Assembly: GCA_937901055.1 (NCBI GenBank)
Contig: CALCGO010000023.1
Coordinates: 1-41,397 of the forward strand
From: an uncultured Rhodobacterales bacterium
GTDB taxonomy: Bacteria > Pseudomonadota > Alphaproteobacteria > Rhodobacterales > Rhodobacteraceae
Length of the DNA: 41,397 nucleotides
Reading direction: 5' to 3'
This document shows, piece after piece, positions 33,540 to 41,397 of this stretch (position 1 is the first letter of the stretch; each line of letters starts with the position of its first letter). The notes beneath the pieces are model-generated. The model did not search any database and had not been told where the DNA came from. It saw only the letters and a program-made list of their open reading frames with translations. Both the position numbers and the translations under genes were made by a program.

Positions 33540-36067
33540 CAGCCGTCCAAATCAATTGTTGTTGACTGGCCAGAGTACGGCGGGAGATTAGAGTTCATTG
33601 ACAACGGTGGCACCCTTCCTGGCTTAAACAGTTGCATGTAGCTATACATGACGTGTTGTTGGGCAGATGATCCCTGGTTATTCAACCCAAGTTCCGTAAG
33701 GAAAGCTTCGTAGTCTTGAGCGTCGTAATTGACTTCGTTCCAGTGAGTTCTAAATGTGTCATTCAAACCAATCAGAACATTATCGAGAGTAGTGAAGTAT
33801 CTAAGATTGTCTGGATCAGTCGCATCTTCTTTTACTATCCCATCAGATAATTCTTGCTTAATCAACCCGTTAAGAGCAGCCGTACTCAGACCAATGTAAT
33901 TTTTCGTGGAATCATCGTTCTTAATACCAATTTCAATCTCCGCCGATGTATCTGAATAATCTGCGTTAAGCAGCCCAATCATCTGCTCGGGGCTCCTGAA
34001 CAACCCTTCAAAATCATCAGCCCACAAGCCAGCGTGTTTACTTGCTTGGAACTTGGCATCGGCTTTTACTTCTCGCAATATTGCTTCGGCTTTGCCAGCA
34101 TCATCAAGTTGATTGTAATTAGGCAACGAATTGGCCGCGGCGTTTGCGTACTTATTAAAACTATTGTCACTTAGCTGACTGAGCCGATCAGCTTGATCTG
34201 CTTCGTCCATGTAATACTCGTTGTCAGACGCGTTAATTTCTCGCTGCTCTCGGCTCATATCTTCAAAGCTCTTTGGCTTATAAAGATCACTGAGTGACCC
34301 GTTTTGGCTTGCGCCGCTTGCATCAAGATAATTAGTGTCGATTAGCTCCTGGCGGCCCATCTGCATGTATGGGATGAGATCTTCTTGCGAAACGTTCAAC
34401 GCGTCCCAATACGCCGGATCTGCTCCACTCATTGCTTCTTGGAACATCAATCTTGCAGTTTCGGCTCCCGACCCATCAGCCATACCTGGGTTAGCCCGCA
34501 AGAAATCAGTGTAGATTTGTCTGCCGTCAGCAGCCGGAGAGTAATCGTCAAGATTGAATTCATCGGGAGCTCTCATACCGAGAATCTGCTCGATCATTCG
34601 ACTTTCGCTCAGACCCTGCTCGTTGGCAATATCATCAAAGCCTCGCGCCGAGTTCATCAATGTGTCGAGGAACGGTCGCATTGACTCGTCATTAGCGTAA
34701 AGATCACGCGTTGAGTATTCGAGCTCGCGGTTAAGACGGTCTTGCTCGCCAGTTACGGGATCAAAACTCATGTCACCAAGCCACGCGTTATTTCCTGATC
34801 CCCAGTCCTCGTACTGCTGGGCTTGCAGATCCCGCCCAACGGCAGGCGGAGCAGCCGGACTCCAATTTGCCGCACCATACGAACTAGCCAAAGCGGTATA
34901 ACGGTTTGCTTCTGCATTCTGTGCAGCGTTTAAATTCCTGTTGTTAACCGCGCCAAGTTGTGGCTTGAGATTGCCAAAATCAAGATCATTTTTAGTGATT
35001 TGAACGCCAGTTGAATTGGCTGACTTAAGACCTTGATCAATGAGTTGATTCGCTTTTATCTGAAGCTCTCCAAGCAAGTCATTGATTTCGTATCGTGCGC
35101 TATTAATAAAGGGGTCAAGCTCTTCGGGTTCGGGGTCATACACTTGAGGCCCGTTGGGGTTTTCTTGGCGGTAGTTGTACTTGGCAAGCTCGTACAGTGA
35201 TTCGTCGTCAATTTTGCCTGTCTTATCCCAAGCCCAACCAATCTGCGCAATGTCGCGCGCTGACATGCCGTTGTCGAGTAATGGCGCAAAGATTTGATTT
35301 GCGGTCGTTGAGTATTTCGTTTGCTGCTCCATCGAGCCGGTGTAAAGGAATTCAAGTGCTTCGTCTGTAATGTTGGCCTGGTCCACGCGGGCACCAAGAG
35401 AGCCTGCAACTTCATTAAGACGTGCAACACCGCCCTGGGCAAGCGCCGCTTTAATCTCAGATTGAGTTGCCTTGCGCCCCTCGTCGCCGCCGCCGCCACT
35501 AGCAGCAGCAGACATGCGAGCCAAACGCTCACGCTGTTCCATTTCGCGTTCCCAACGGCTCTGCTCAAGCTGCGCATCCTTTTCCTGTTGGCGCATTGCT
35601 TGCTCAAACTGTGCCGCCTCAAGCTCCATCTGTGAATTGATGGAGTTGACGTTGCTTTCACCCTCGCGTCTAATGCTTGCTACGTCAGCTTCGCTTTGAG
35701 TATTGATCATCAACGACGCAGCTTCGGCCTGATCTTCGATGAGCGACCTGGAACCCAACACCATTTCGTTGTACAGATTCATTGACTCTTGACGACCAGC
35801 AGAACGTGCAGCAGTGTTGGCCTGACCGCGCGACAACTGAGCCTGGCCCTTGTTGTAAGCGTCGTTTGCTTGGCTTGCAACAAGCCCTGATGCTTGTGCT
35901 GGGCCACCTCGCGCCTGCGCAGCTTGAGTGGCGTGCTGTAGCACCTGTTGCTGGTCAGCAGCCATTTCATCTTTAGCAGCTTGGTAAGCGTCAACACCCG
36001 CCTGTCCAGCCTTAGCTTGAGCAGCAAGAAGCGCTTTGTCGTTTTGAGGTATTGCTTGCGAGGTCAT
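33539..36067 (-). CDS. Internal virion / ejection protein, 842 aa
   Basis: Start at ATG 36067 after GGGAG; Ala/Gln-rich helical N-terminus; TGATG coupling to the giant gene. Confidence 0.7.
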   Translation of the reverse strand: MTSQAIPQNDKALLAAQAKAGQAGVDAYQAAKDEMAADQQQVLQHATQAAQARGGPAQASGLVASQANDAYNKGQAQLSRGQANTAARSAGRQESMNLYNEMVLGSRSLIEDQAEAASLMINTQSEADVASIRREGESNVNSINSQMELEAAQFEQAMRQQEKDAQLEQSRWEREMEQRERLARMSAAASGGGGDEGRKATQSEIKAALAQGGVARLNEVAGSLGARVDQANITDEALEFLYTGSMEQQTKYSTTANQIFAPLLDNGMSARDIAQIGWAWDKTGKIDDESLYELAKYNYRQENPNGPQVYDPEPEELDPFINSARYEINDLLGELQIKANQLIDQGLKSANSTGVQITKNDLDFGNLKPQLGAVNNRNLNAAQNAEANRYTALASSYGAANWSPAAPPAVGRDLQAQQYEDWGSGNNAWLGDMSFDPVTGEQDRLNRELEYSTRDLYANDESMRPFLDTLMNSARGFDDIANEQGLSESRMIEQILGMRAPDEFNLDDYSPAADGRQIYTDFLRANPGMADGSGAETARLMFQEAMSGADPAYWDALNVSQEDLIPYMQMGRQELIDTNYLDASGASQNGSLSDLYKPKSFEDMSREQREINASDNEYYMDEADQADRLSQLSDNSFNKYANAAANSLPNYNQLDDAGKAEAILREVKADAKFQASKHAGLWADDFEGLFRSPEQMIGLLNADYSDTSAEIEIGIKNDDSTKNYIGLSTAALNGLIKQELSDGIVKEDATDPDNLRYFTTLDNVLIGLNDTFRTHWNEVNYDAQDYEAFLTELGLNNQGSSAQQHVMYSYMQLFKPGRVPPLSMNSNLPPYSGQSTTIDLDG

Positions 36068-36068
36068 C

Positions 36069-37247
36069 TTAGGCTCCCTGATATCTTCCAACAGTTGCGT
36101 CGTTGCGGGCCTTTTCAGCAGCACGTTGACGCTGGTAAGCAAGATCAGCTTCTTGTTGCGACGCGCGGATTGCAGCAGTCGTTGCTTGATTTCGTGCGTC
36201 TTCGGTTTGCTGGCGAGTATCTTCGTTGAGCACAGACTCAAGAGCTTGCTGATTCAACTTATTAGTGTCTGTTTCGCGTTGCGTTTCAGCAGTTGACATG
36301 CCCCTTGCGTAAGCATTGGAAATGTTCATGGTTGTGTTGGCGTAGTTTTCTGCTTGCCTACCGTAAGTAGTGTTTGTTGCGCCAGACACAAGCGCGCCTC
36401 GCCGTGCTGCGTCGTTGCCAATGGATGCACGTCGCCTTTGATCGCTGACCTGCAAATCATTTCGAGCTTTATTGCTTGTTTCATCAAGAGTTTCGCGAGC
36501 CAGATCGAATTGATCCGAAATGTTTTCTCTTTCCATTCCAAGACCCCGCAAGAAAGCCAACAGTTGTGGTGTTGCTCGCGGTGCGTCTGGATACTCAATG
36601 CCGAAACCTTCAAGCAAACTCGTCAAAGCGTTCTGTTGAGCGGGATCTACTGTTGGCGGCGCGTAATCTGCCACCGTGTTTGTTCTTGCAACTTCTTCGC
36701 TCATAACTGCCTTTGCTTGATTGCCCCCTGAGCCCCCGCCACCATTTGCCTGATAACCCTCACTGTTTTGAGCCGCGCCGTTATTGTTGGACGCGCCACC
36801 GTTGGAGCTACCTTGCATTCCGTTTGACACGCTGTATTGCTGAGGACTGGCTTGGTAGTTGCGAACCGCGGTCTGTGCTGCGCCAACATTCACTTTGTAA
36901 AGCGGATCACCCGCAGCATTAAAGCCCCCTGGCCCAGCAGCCCACGGTGACAGGCCACTGCGGTCAAACAGGACTTTGGCTGCGCGCGCATTGGTAACAG
37001 GATCAAACAATTGGTCTTTAGACGTTAGACCTAATGTGTTCTTGATGATCGGCCAATTTGTGTAGTTGATTTGCCACAAGCCCAAATCGCCCGAAAGTTT
37101 ACCCTTGGGCTGATCTGAGCGATGAGCGCTGGGCTGATAACCGGATTCGCGACCAGCAATACCCACCATGTGAACAAGGTCTTGACCAGTAAATCCAGCT
37201 TGAGTTAAAGCGTCTGCTACCTGTTCGCGACTAAGACTTGCAGCCAT
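36069..37247 (-). CDS. Internal virion protein with N-terminal lytic transglycosylase domain, 392 aa
   Basis: IAGRESG, LGLWQIN, LFDPVTNARAA, LSPW; Gly/Asn linker then helical region. Confidence 0.85.
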   Translation of the reverse strand: MAASLSREQVADALTQAGFTGQDLVHMVGIAGRESGYQPSAHRSDQPKGKLSGDLGLWQINYTNWPIIKNTLGLTSKDQLFDPVTNARAAKVLFDRSGLSPWAAGPGGFNAAGDPLYKVNVGAAQTAVRNYQASPQQYSVSNGMQGSSNGGASNNNGAAQNSEGYQANGGGGSGGNQAKAVMSEEVARTNTVADYAPPTVDPAQQNALTSLLEGFGIEYPDAPRATPQLLAFLRGLGMERENISDQFDLARETLDETSNKARNDLQVSDQRRRASIGNDAARRGALVSGATNTTYGRQAENYANTTMNISNAYARGMSTAETQRETDTNKLNQQALESVLNEDTRQQTEDARNQATTAAIRASQQEADLAYQRQRAAEKARNDATVGRYQGA

Positions 37248-37251
37248 CTGT

Positions 37252-37479
37252 TTATTCTTTCACTATTAACTGGTCAAGAGTGTTCTCTAAGGTATTAGCG
37301 TCCGCGCGCAAGCGGTCAATGATTGTGTCAAACACTTCTCTTTGAATAGTTCCTAACGGCTTGCGAGAAGCCACTGCTGTCGCCGCTTGCCGTAATGCTA
37401 ATACACGTTGTTTTGTTGTGTGTTCTGATGCTGCACGTTCATGCTGCATCTGTAAATCAGTGTTTCGCATACGCATCAT
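37252..37479 (-). CDS. Hypothetical protein, 75 aa
   Basis: ATGA overlap with the fibre gene; fills the gap. Confidence 0.6.
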   Translation of the reverse strand: MMRMRNTDLQMQHERAASEHTTKQRVLALRQAATAVASRKPLGTIQREVFDTIIDRLRADANTLENTLDQLIVKE

Positions 37480-39503
37480 CCAATGTGCTCCACATGGGTC
37501 CAGCCAGAGAAACCGTTTTCCGTAACCCCATACAAATACATATACGGCTTGCCGCTGCCGGTTGCTACACCCATCCCCTGACGAGAGCCGTTAATCAAAT
37601 TGTTGTACAAACTTGCAGGGATATTCACAGCAGCCGACTGGTTGTACACCAAGCTAACGAGATGCGCGACATCGTAAACAACGTGCGTGCCCGAACCAGC
37701 AGTCCCGTTTGCTGGCTTTGTGGCACTGGAATGCGTGCCAATATAAACAGCATCAGCTACGTTATTCCCGCCGCCGTTACGGATCATCGTAAGTTGCCAC
37801 ACAGTCGGCACCCTGTACGTTGCGGGCCTATGAGTACCGCTTGTCGTCATATAGTTCTTGAAGGCGTTGTTTCCGTAGAACCATAGACCGTCGTAGTTGT
37901 ACGCCGAGTTGCTGTAGTAGCCCTGGTACGGACGGTTGTGATTTTCAGTGTTCTGACCGTACCTACCGCTGCGATAATGGCCGGTCGCTTGCGCTTGAAA
38001 CGTAAACGGGGAACCCCTTACCCCGTAATTCGCTTGCGTTGACCTCGATGACTGCCCCGTTGAGTTCTGGCAATCAACAAAGGCGTACACAGTCTGAGTC
38101 GCGTTCGGAGCCGTACCGACATGAACTGTTTTCGTGGTGTTATTCCCAACGTTGACCCAACTGCCATAAGTCCACGCCCCAGTACCAACCTTAAACGCCA
38201 CCCTGTACTGCGAATTGTTTGCACTCGACGTTTTGAACGTTAGTTCCATTCGCCCATAGGAAGTTTTGGGACCGAACATGCTGACGCTCGGAGCGCTTGG
38301 CGTTGGCAAATTCCACAATGGTGTCCCCGTCTTGGACACATAACCGGAAGAACCGGCACCGTTGACGGCCTTGACCCGCATGTAACGGGCACCGGAACCA
38401 GTGCCGAACGAATGCGTGTATGGCGACGATGCGGACGACGACGCTGCTGTCCACGACGAATTGTTCGTAGACGTTTCCACCGTGTACGACGCCGCCGCCG
38501 AATGCGTTGAATCGGTTGTCGGAGCCGACCAAGTGAGTTTCAACTGGCCGACCGTTGTAGTCGCCGCAATAGACACACCGCTCGGAACATTCGGTGCCGC
38601 CATCCACAACGGAGACACAGACTTCGTGACATAAGCCGAGTTGCCGCCAGCCGACTTCGCCAACACACGCATCGACTTGCTGCCGGAACCAGTGAACGTG
38701 TACGTCGCGCCACTGTTGTTAGACGAAGCAGCAACCCACGAACCGTTATTCGCCTGCACCTGATAGCCGGTCACCGCGCCAGACGACGGGGCCGAATACG
38801 TCAACTTCAACTGCCCAATGGTGGTAGTAGCCGCCACCACCACATTCGTCGGCACGTTCGCCGGGAACGAAACAGATTCAGCACCCGTCCAAGCGCTCGA
38901 CAAAGCACCAATCACTGCTCGAACCTTGTAAGTGTTCACCGCGCCAATATTTGGCGACGTGTCAGTCCAGTTCGTTTGACCAGCAGGAATTGCCACGTTG
39001 CCGGGATCAACCACAAAGCCGTCGTGGAACCCCACGCTGGCATCAGACCACTGCAACTCGGTGCGAGTACCGTTCTTGACTGCGCTGAATGAAGTGGGAG
39101 TCTGACAGATCGTGACAGTCTCGGATTGGGAAGTCAGCAACACCTCGCCGTCACGCATAGCGGACACCGTGTACTTACCAACTGACGGAACCGGAGCGCG
39201 ATCTCTGAACTGATTGCTCGATACTGTCCCTTCATTGCCGTCCGGCTGAACAATTTTGTACTCGTCCGCATACGGATGAAGAACCCAGTCAACATAAACG
39301 CCGTCATTGACAACGTGGCGTACCTCGACCTCAAGATCGAGCACTGGTGGCGTGGACTCCCAAATATGCTGCCATCCGCCATCGCGGAAAACGTAAGCGT
39401 TTTTGCCTTCCACCCATTCATCACCAACAACAGCCCACGGTTTAACCCACCGTTTCCATTCTTGATTGAAGGCGTAGTTTTCGCCTGGGTAGATGTCGGG
39501 CAT
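37476..39503 (-). CDS. Tail fibre / adhesin with fibronectin type III-like repeats, 675 aa
   Basis: LxW/Y...Y.V...Y.VRA FN3 patterns; two tandem similar units (GQLKLT[YW]SAP...PLW); Trp-rich N-terminus. Confidence 0.8.
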   Translation of the reverse strand: MPDIYPGENYAFNQEWKRWVKPWAVVGDEWVEGKNAYVFRDGGWQHIWESTPPVLDLEVEVRHVVNDGVYVDWVLHPYADEYKIVQPDGNEGTVSSNQFRDRAPVPSVGKYTVSAMRDGEVLLTSQSETVTICQTPTSFSAVKNGTRTELQWSDASVGFHDGFVVDPGNVAIPAGQTNWTDTSPNIGAVNTYKVRAVIGALSSAWTGAESVSFPANVPTNVVVAATTTIGQLKLTYSAPSSGAVTGYQVQANNGSWVAASSNNSGATYTFTGSGSKSMRVLAKSAGGNSAYVTKSVSPLWMAAPNVPSGVSIAATTTVGQLKLTWSAPTTDSTHSAAASYTVETSTNNSSWTAASSSASSPYTHSFGTGSGARYMRVKAVNGAGSSGYVSKTGTPLWNLPTPSAPSVSMFGPKTSYGRMELTFKTSSANNSQYRVAFKVGTGAWTYGSWVNVGNNTTKTVHVGTAPNATQTVYAFVDCQNSTGQSSRSTQANYGVRGSPFTFQAQATGHYRSGRYGQNTENHNRPYQGYYSNSAYNYDGLWFYGNNAFKNYMTTSGTHRPATYRVPTVWQLTMIRNGGGNNVADAVYIGTHSSATKPANGTAGSGTHVVYDVAHLVSLVYNQSAAVNIPASLYNNLINGSRQGMGVATGSGKPYMYLYGVTENGFSGWTHVEHIG

Positions 39504-39505
39504 TG

Positions 39506-40141
39506 TTATTCCACTTCAATCCAAATGTCGCCGTCTATGCCTTCTGCTGGGGGATCACCCACACCTACGCCAACTGTGGGTATTTGAACCCAATCGTTGC
39601 TTTTACGTCCATAGGTTTTGGCATCAACTGGCGCTTCTTCAACGTCGCCATCTGCGCCGTCAACACCGTCAGCACCACGCAAATCCAATGTTTGGAAGCC
39701 TAAACCATCGTTTGAAGTAAATTGAACGCGGCCCGATCCTTCCAGGTATTCGCCGCTGACCCAGCCCTTACCATCTACGCCGTCTGCGCCGTGCAGGTCA
39801 CCAGTTGTAAATCCGAGATTATCGTCTGACTCAAACGTAACGGTCCCGTCTTCGTGACTGTAAGAACCTTTTGTCCAGCCCTTGCCGTCAACGCCGTTTG
39901 TGCCATTGGTGCCGTCGATACCGTCTGTTCCATCAGTGCCGTCAGTGCCGTCATGCCCTGCAATCTGGATGATTTCTCCGTCACGTTTCATCCACAGGCC
40001 GTGCTCGTCGCTGTAGAGAAGCTGTTGATCAGCCCAGTTAGCAGGAGGGTTGTGAGGGTCGCCGGTAATAACGTAATCGTCCATCCCCATGCCGCCGACC
40101 GACACAAGGGTTCCGTCATCTTTCTTAAGCCACAAACCCAT
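39506..40141 (-). CDS. Collagen-repeat fibre protein, 211 aa
   Basis: GTDGTDGTDGIDGTNGTNGVDG; duplicated GVDGKGW...GF.T.DL.GADG unit; EAPVDAKTYGRK; C-terminal GDIWI. Confidence 0.8.
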   Translation of the reverse strand: MGLWLKKDDGTLVSVGGMGMDDYVITGDPHNPPANWADQQLLYSDEHGLWMKRDGEIIQIAGHDGTDGTDGTDGIDGTNGTNGVDGKGWTKGSYSHEDGTVTFESDDNLGFTTGDLHGADGVDGKGWVSGEYLEGSGRVQFTSNDGLGFQTLDLRGADGVDGADGDVEEAPVDAKTYGRKSNDWVQIPTVGVGVGDPPAEGIDGDIWIEVE

Positions 40142-40142
40142 T

Positions 40143-40304
40143 TTAGTTGTCCTCTAACTTCTTGATACGACTGTCTAGTTTGTCTAAGTATTCTTCCAGA
40201 TCGCGGTCTCGTTCTTCGACAATGCGTGCAAACTCTGGACCATCCGCGTCACGGAAGTTCCGTGCCCGACGTGAATACTCCCATCGCGGGTTGAATCCTC
40301 TCAT
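40143..40304 (-). CDS. Small tail-associated protein, 53 aa (MRGFNPRWEYSRRARNF...LDKLDSRIKKLEDN)
   Basis: Hand translation; TAATG coupling; mostly synonymous divergence from the copy at 1-169 supports coding status. Confidence 0.85.
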   Translation of the reverse strand: MRGFNPRWEYSRRARNFRDADGPEFARIVEERDRDLEEYLDKLDSRIKKLEDN

Positions 40305-41397
40305 TAGAGCCTCGCTGATCTGACTTCAACATGGGCTTCAATGCTGCGCAAAGCGACTCCGCGCATGACCGGGAACACAATTTGGAACCCGTTAGCCCAT
40401 CCGTACTTGCCCATACCGATACGCCAAGTAACGTCAGTGCCGCCATCTTCGGCGTCTTCGGAGTTCTCTACCCACAATTGGGGTTTGGTGTCGATTGTGC
40501 CGCCTTCGTAGCGACCCATAGGCCGATACTGAACTTGCAACTCGTTCTTGGTGTGCTCGATCCCTGACTTCCAGTGCCGGAATTGAACTACCAAGTTCCG
40601 CACCATCACCAAACGAGACTGCGCATCGTAATAAGCCGGGAACTCGACGTAGCCATTGAGCAGATGCGGATGGCCCACGTCCGATGCCGACGCCCACTTA
40701 TCGTCATTGTTGCCCGCACGGATCTGAGCAAGGGCGTATGAATACAACTCAACTGGCTGACCAACCGTGTCAGGTCGATTCACCATAAACATTGTGTTGG
40801 CAGGCTTGTCAATGGTGGTTCTGAGATCGTGACCCGCAATGCCGCCCATCTTCACGCCGTTAAACGTGTGAGTGCTCCAACGTCCCGAGTCGTACTCCAG
40901 CATGGCCGTTGCTGCGTCTTCATCATCAAATGACTCTGACGGCTCACCAAGCATCAAGTTGTGTCGGCCCGTTACGGACGCAGCCACACTGTCTGACGGA
41001 TAGTAAGTCTCCAAAGATTCCACGCGGAACTCTTTGTCCATGTAGGGAACTTCGCCGTTAAACCAAACCGGCGTGTTGTCTGGCCCCCAGTAGAGCACTC
41101 TGTTGTCTGTAGTCACCGCTGCTACACGATCATCGGCCGGGCCGTTGCCGTTAGCGATACGACGAACGTAAGGACGGTCGCCCAGCACGCCCGATACTTG
41201 ATACCAGCCCGACTGTTTTGCCACATACAGCGTGTTGTACATCGGCAACAACGCAGTAATTGGCTCGTTTCCACCAATATCGAGGAAGTTATTGACGCCC
41301 CAATCGTCCGGCTGCGCGCCAAATTCGCCTACTTCGGTGAAATACACACGCTGGGGATTGTCTTCATCCCACGCAATCAAGTAATAGTTCCATCGCG
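40183..41397. repeat. Imperfect terminal direct repeat of ~48-1262
   Basis: Ungapped alignment at offset 40,135; differences concentrated at third codon positions; last 34 nt identical. Confidence 0.9.
40304..41397 (-). CDS. Second, diverged allele of the tail nozzle gene (5' part cut by the window edge)
   Basis: Colinear with 169-1262; about 31 substitutions in 357 aa by hand count. Confidence 0.9.
   Translation of the reverse strand, partial: RWNYYLIAWDEDNPQRVYFTEVGEFGAQPDDWGVNNFLDIGGNEPITALLPMYNTLYVAKQSGWYQVSGVLGDRPYVRRIANGNGPADDRVAAVTTDNRVLYWGPDNTPVWFNGEVPYMDKEFRVESLETYYPSDSVAASVTGRHNLMLGEPSESFDDEDAATAMLEYDSGRWSTHTFNGVKMGGIAGHDLRTTIDKPANTMFMVNRPDTVGQPVELYSYALAQIRAGNNDDKWASASDVGHPHLLNGYVEFPAYYDAQSRLVMVRNLVVQFRHWKSGIEHTKNELQVQYRPMGRYEGGTIDTKPQLWVENSEDAEDGGTDVTWRIGMGKYGWANGFQIVFPVMRGVALRSIEAHVEVRSARL

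Noticed and set aside
36068-36241. N-terminal 58 aa of the 900-aa ORF call
   Set aside because: Overlaps the transglycosylase gene; ATG 36067 with a GGGAG RBS is the better start
36804-36812. Extra GGAGCTACC match
   Set aside because: Lies on the non-coding strand of a late gene, 9 nt only and not start-associated; treated as chance
40183-41397. Diversity-generating retroelement template/variable repeat pair
   Set aside because: Repeat is over 1 kb, differences are mostly synonymous and not adenine-specific, and no reverse transcriptase is present

Overview
The window looks like one whole genome of a tailed dsDNA phage plus about 1.26 kb of overlap. The ends align at a constant offset of 40,135 bp but are diverged alleles, not identical copies. 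The minus strand carries a podovirus/P22-like virion module: putative TerS, TerL, portal, scaffold, major capsid, adaptor, tail nozzle, collagen and FN3 fibre proteins, three probable ejection proteins (one of 2,483 aa) and an amidase endolysin. The plus strand carries many small early genes plus ArdC, a YqaJ-like exonuclease, a Rad52/Sak-like annealing protein, SSB, a RuvC-like resolvase and a secreted lytic transglycosylase. SSB, scaffold and tail-domain motifs suggest an actinobacterial host (inference). I recognised no integrase, repressor, DNA polymerase, primase, helicase, tRNA or CRISPR array. The most striking unexplained features are non-coding. (1) An ~890-nt region (11882-12771) with no convincing ORF folds, by eye, into a closed multi-domain structure whose G-U wobbles favour the plus strand; this is a candidate novel large phage RNA. 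(2) A hairpin at 21761-21812 has a loop exactly complementary to a GGAGCTACCA motif repeated at the ribosome-binding sites of several early genes; this is a candidate RNA-based translational control circuit. All product calls come from motif recognition by eye; no database searches or folding programs were run.
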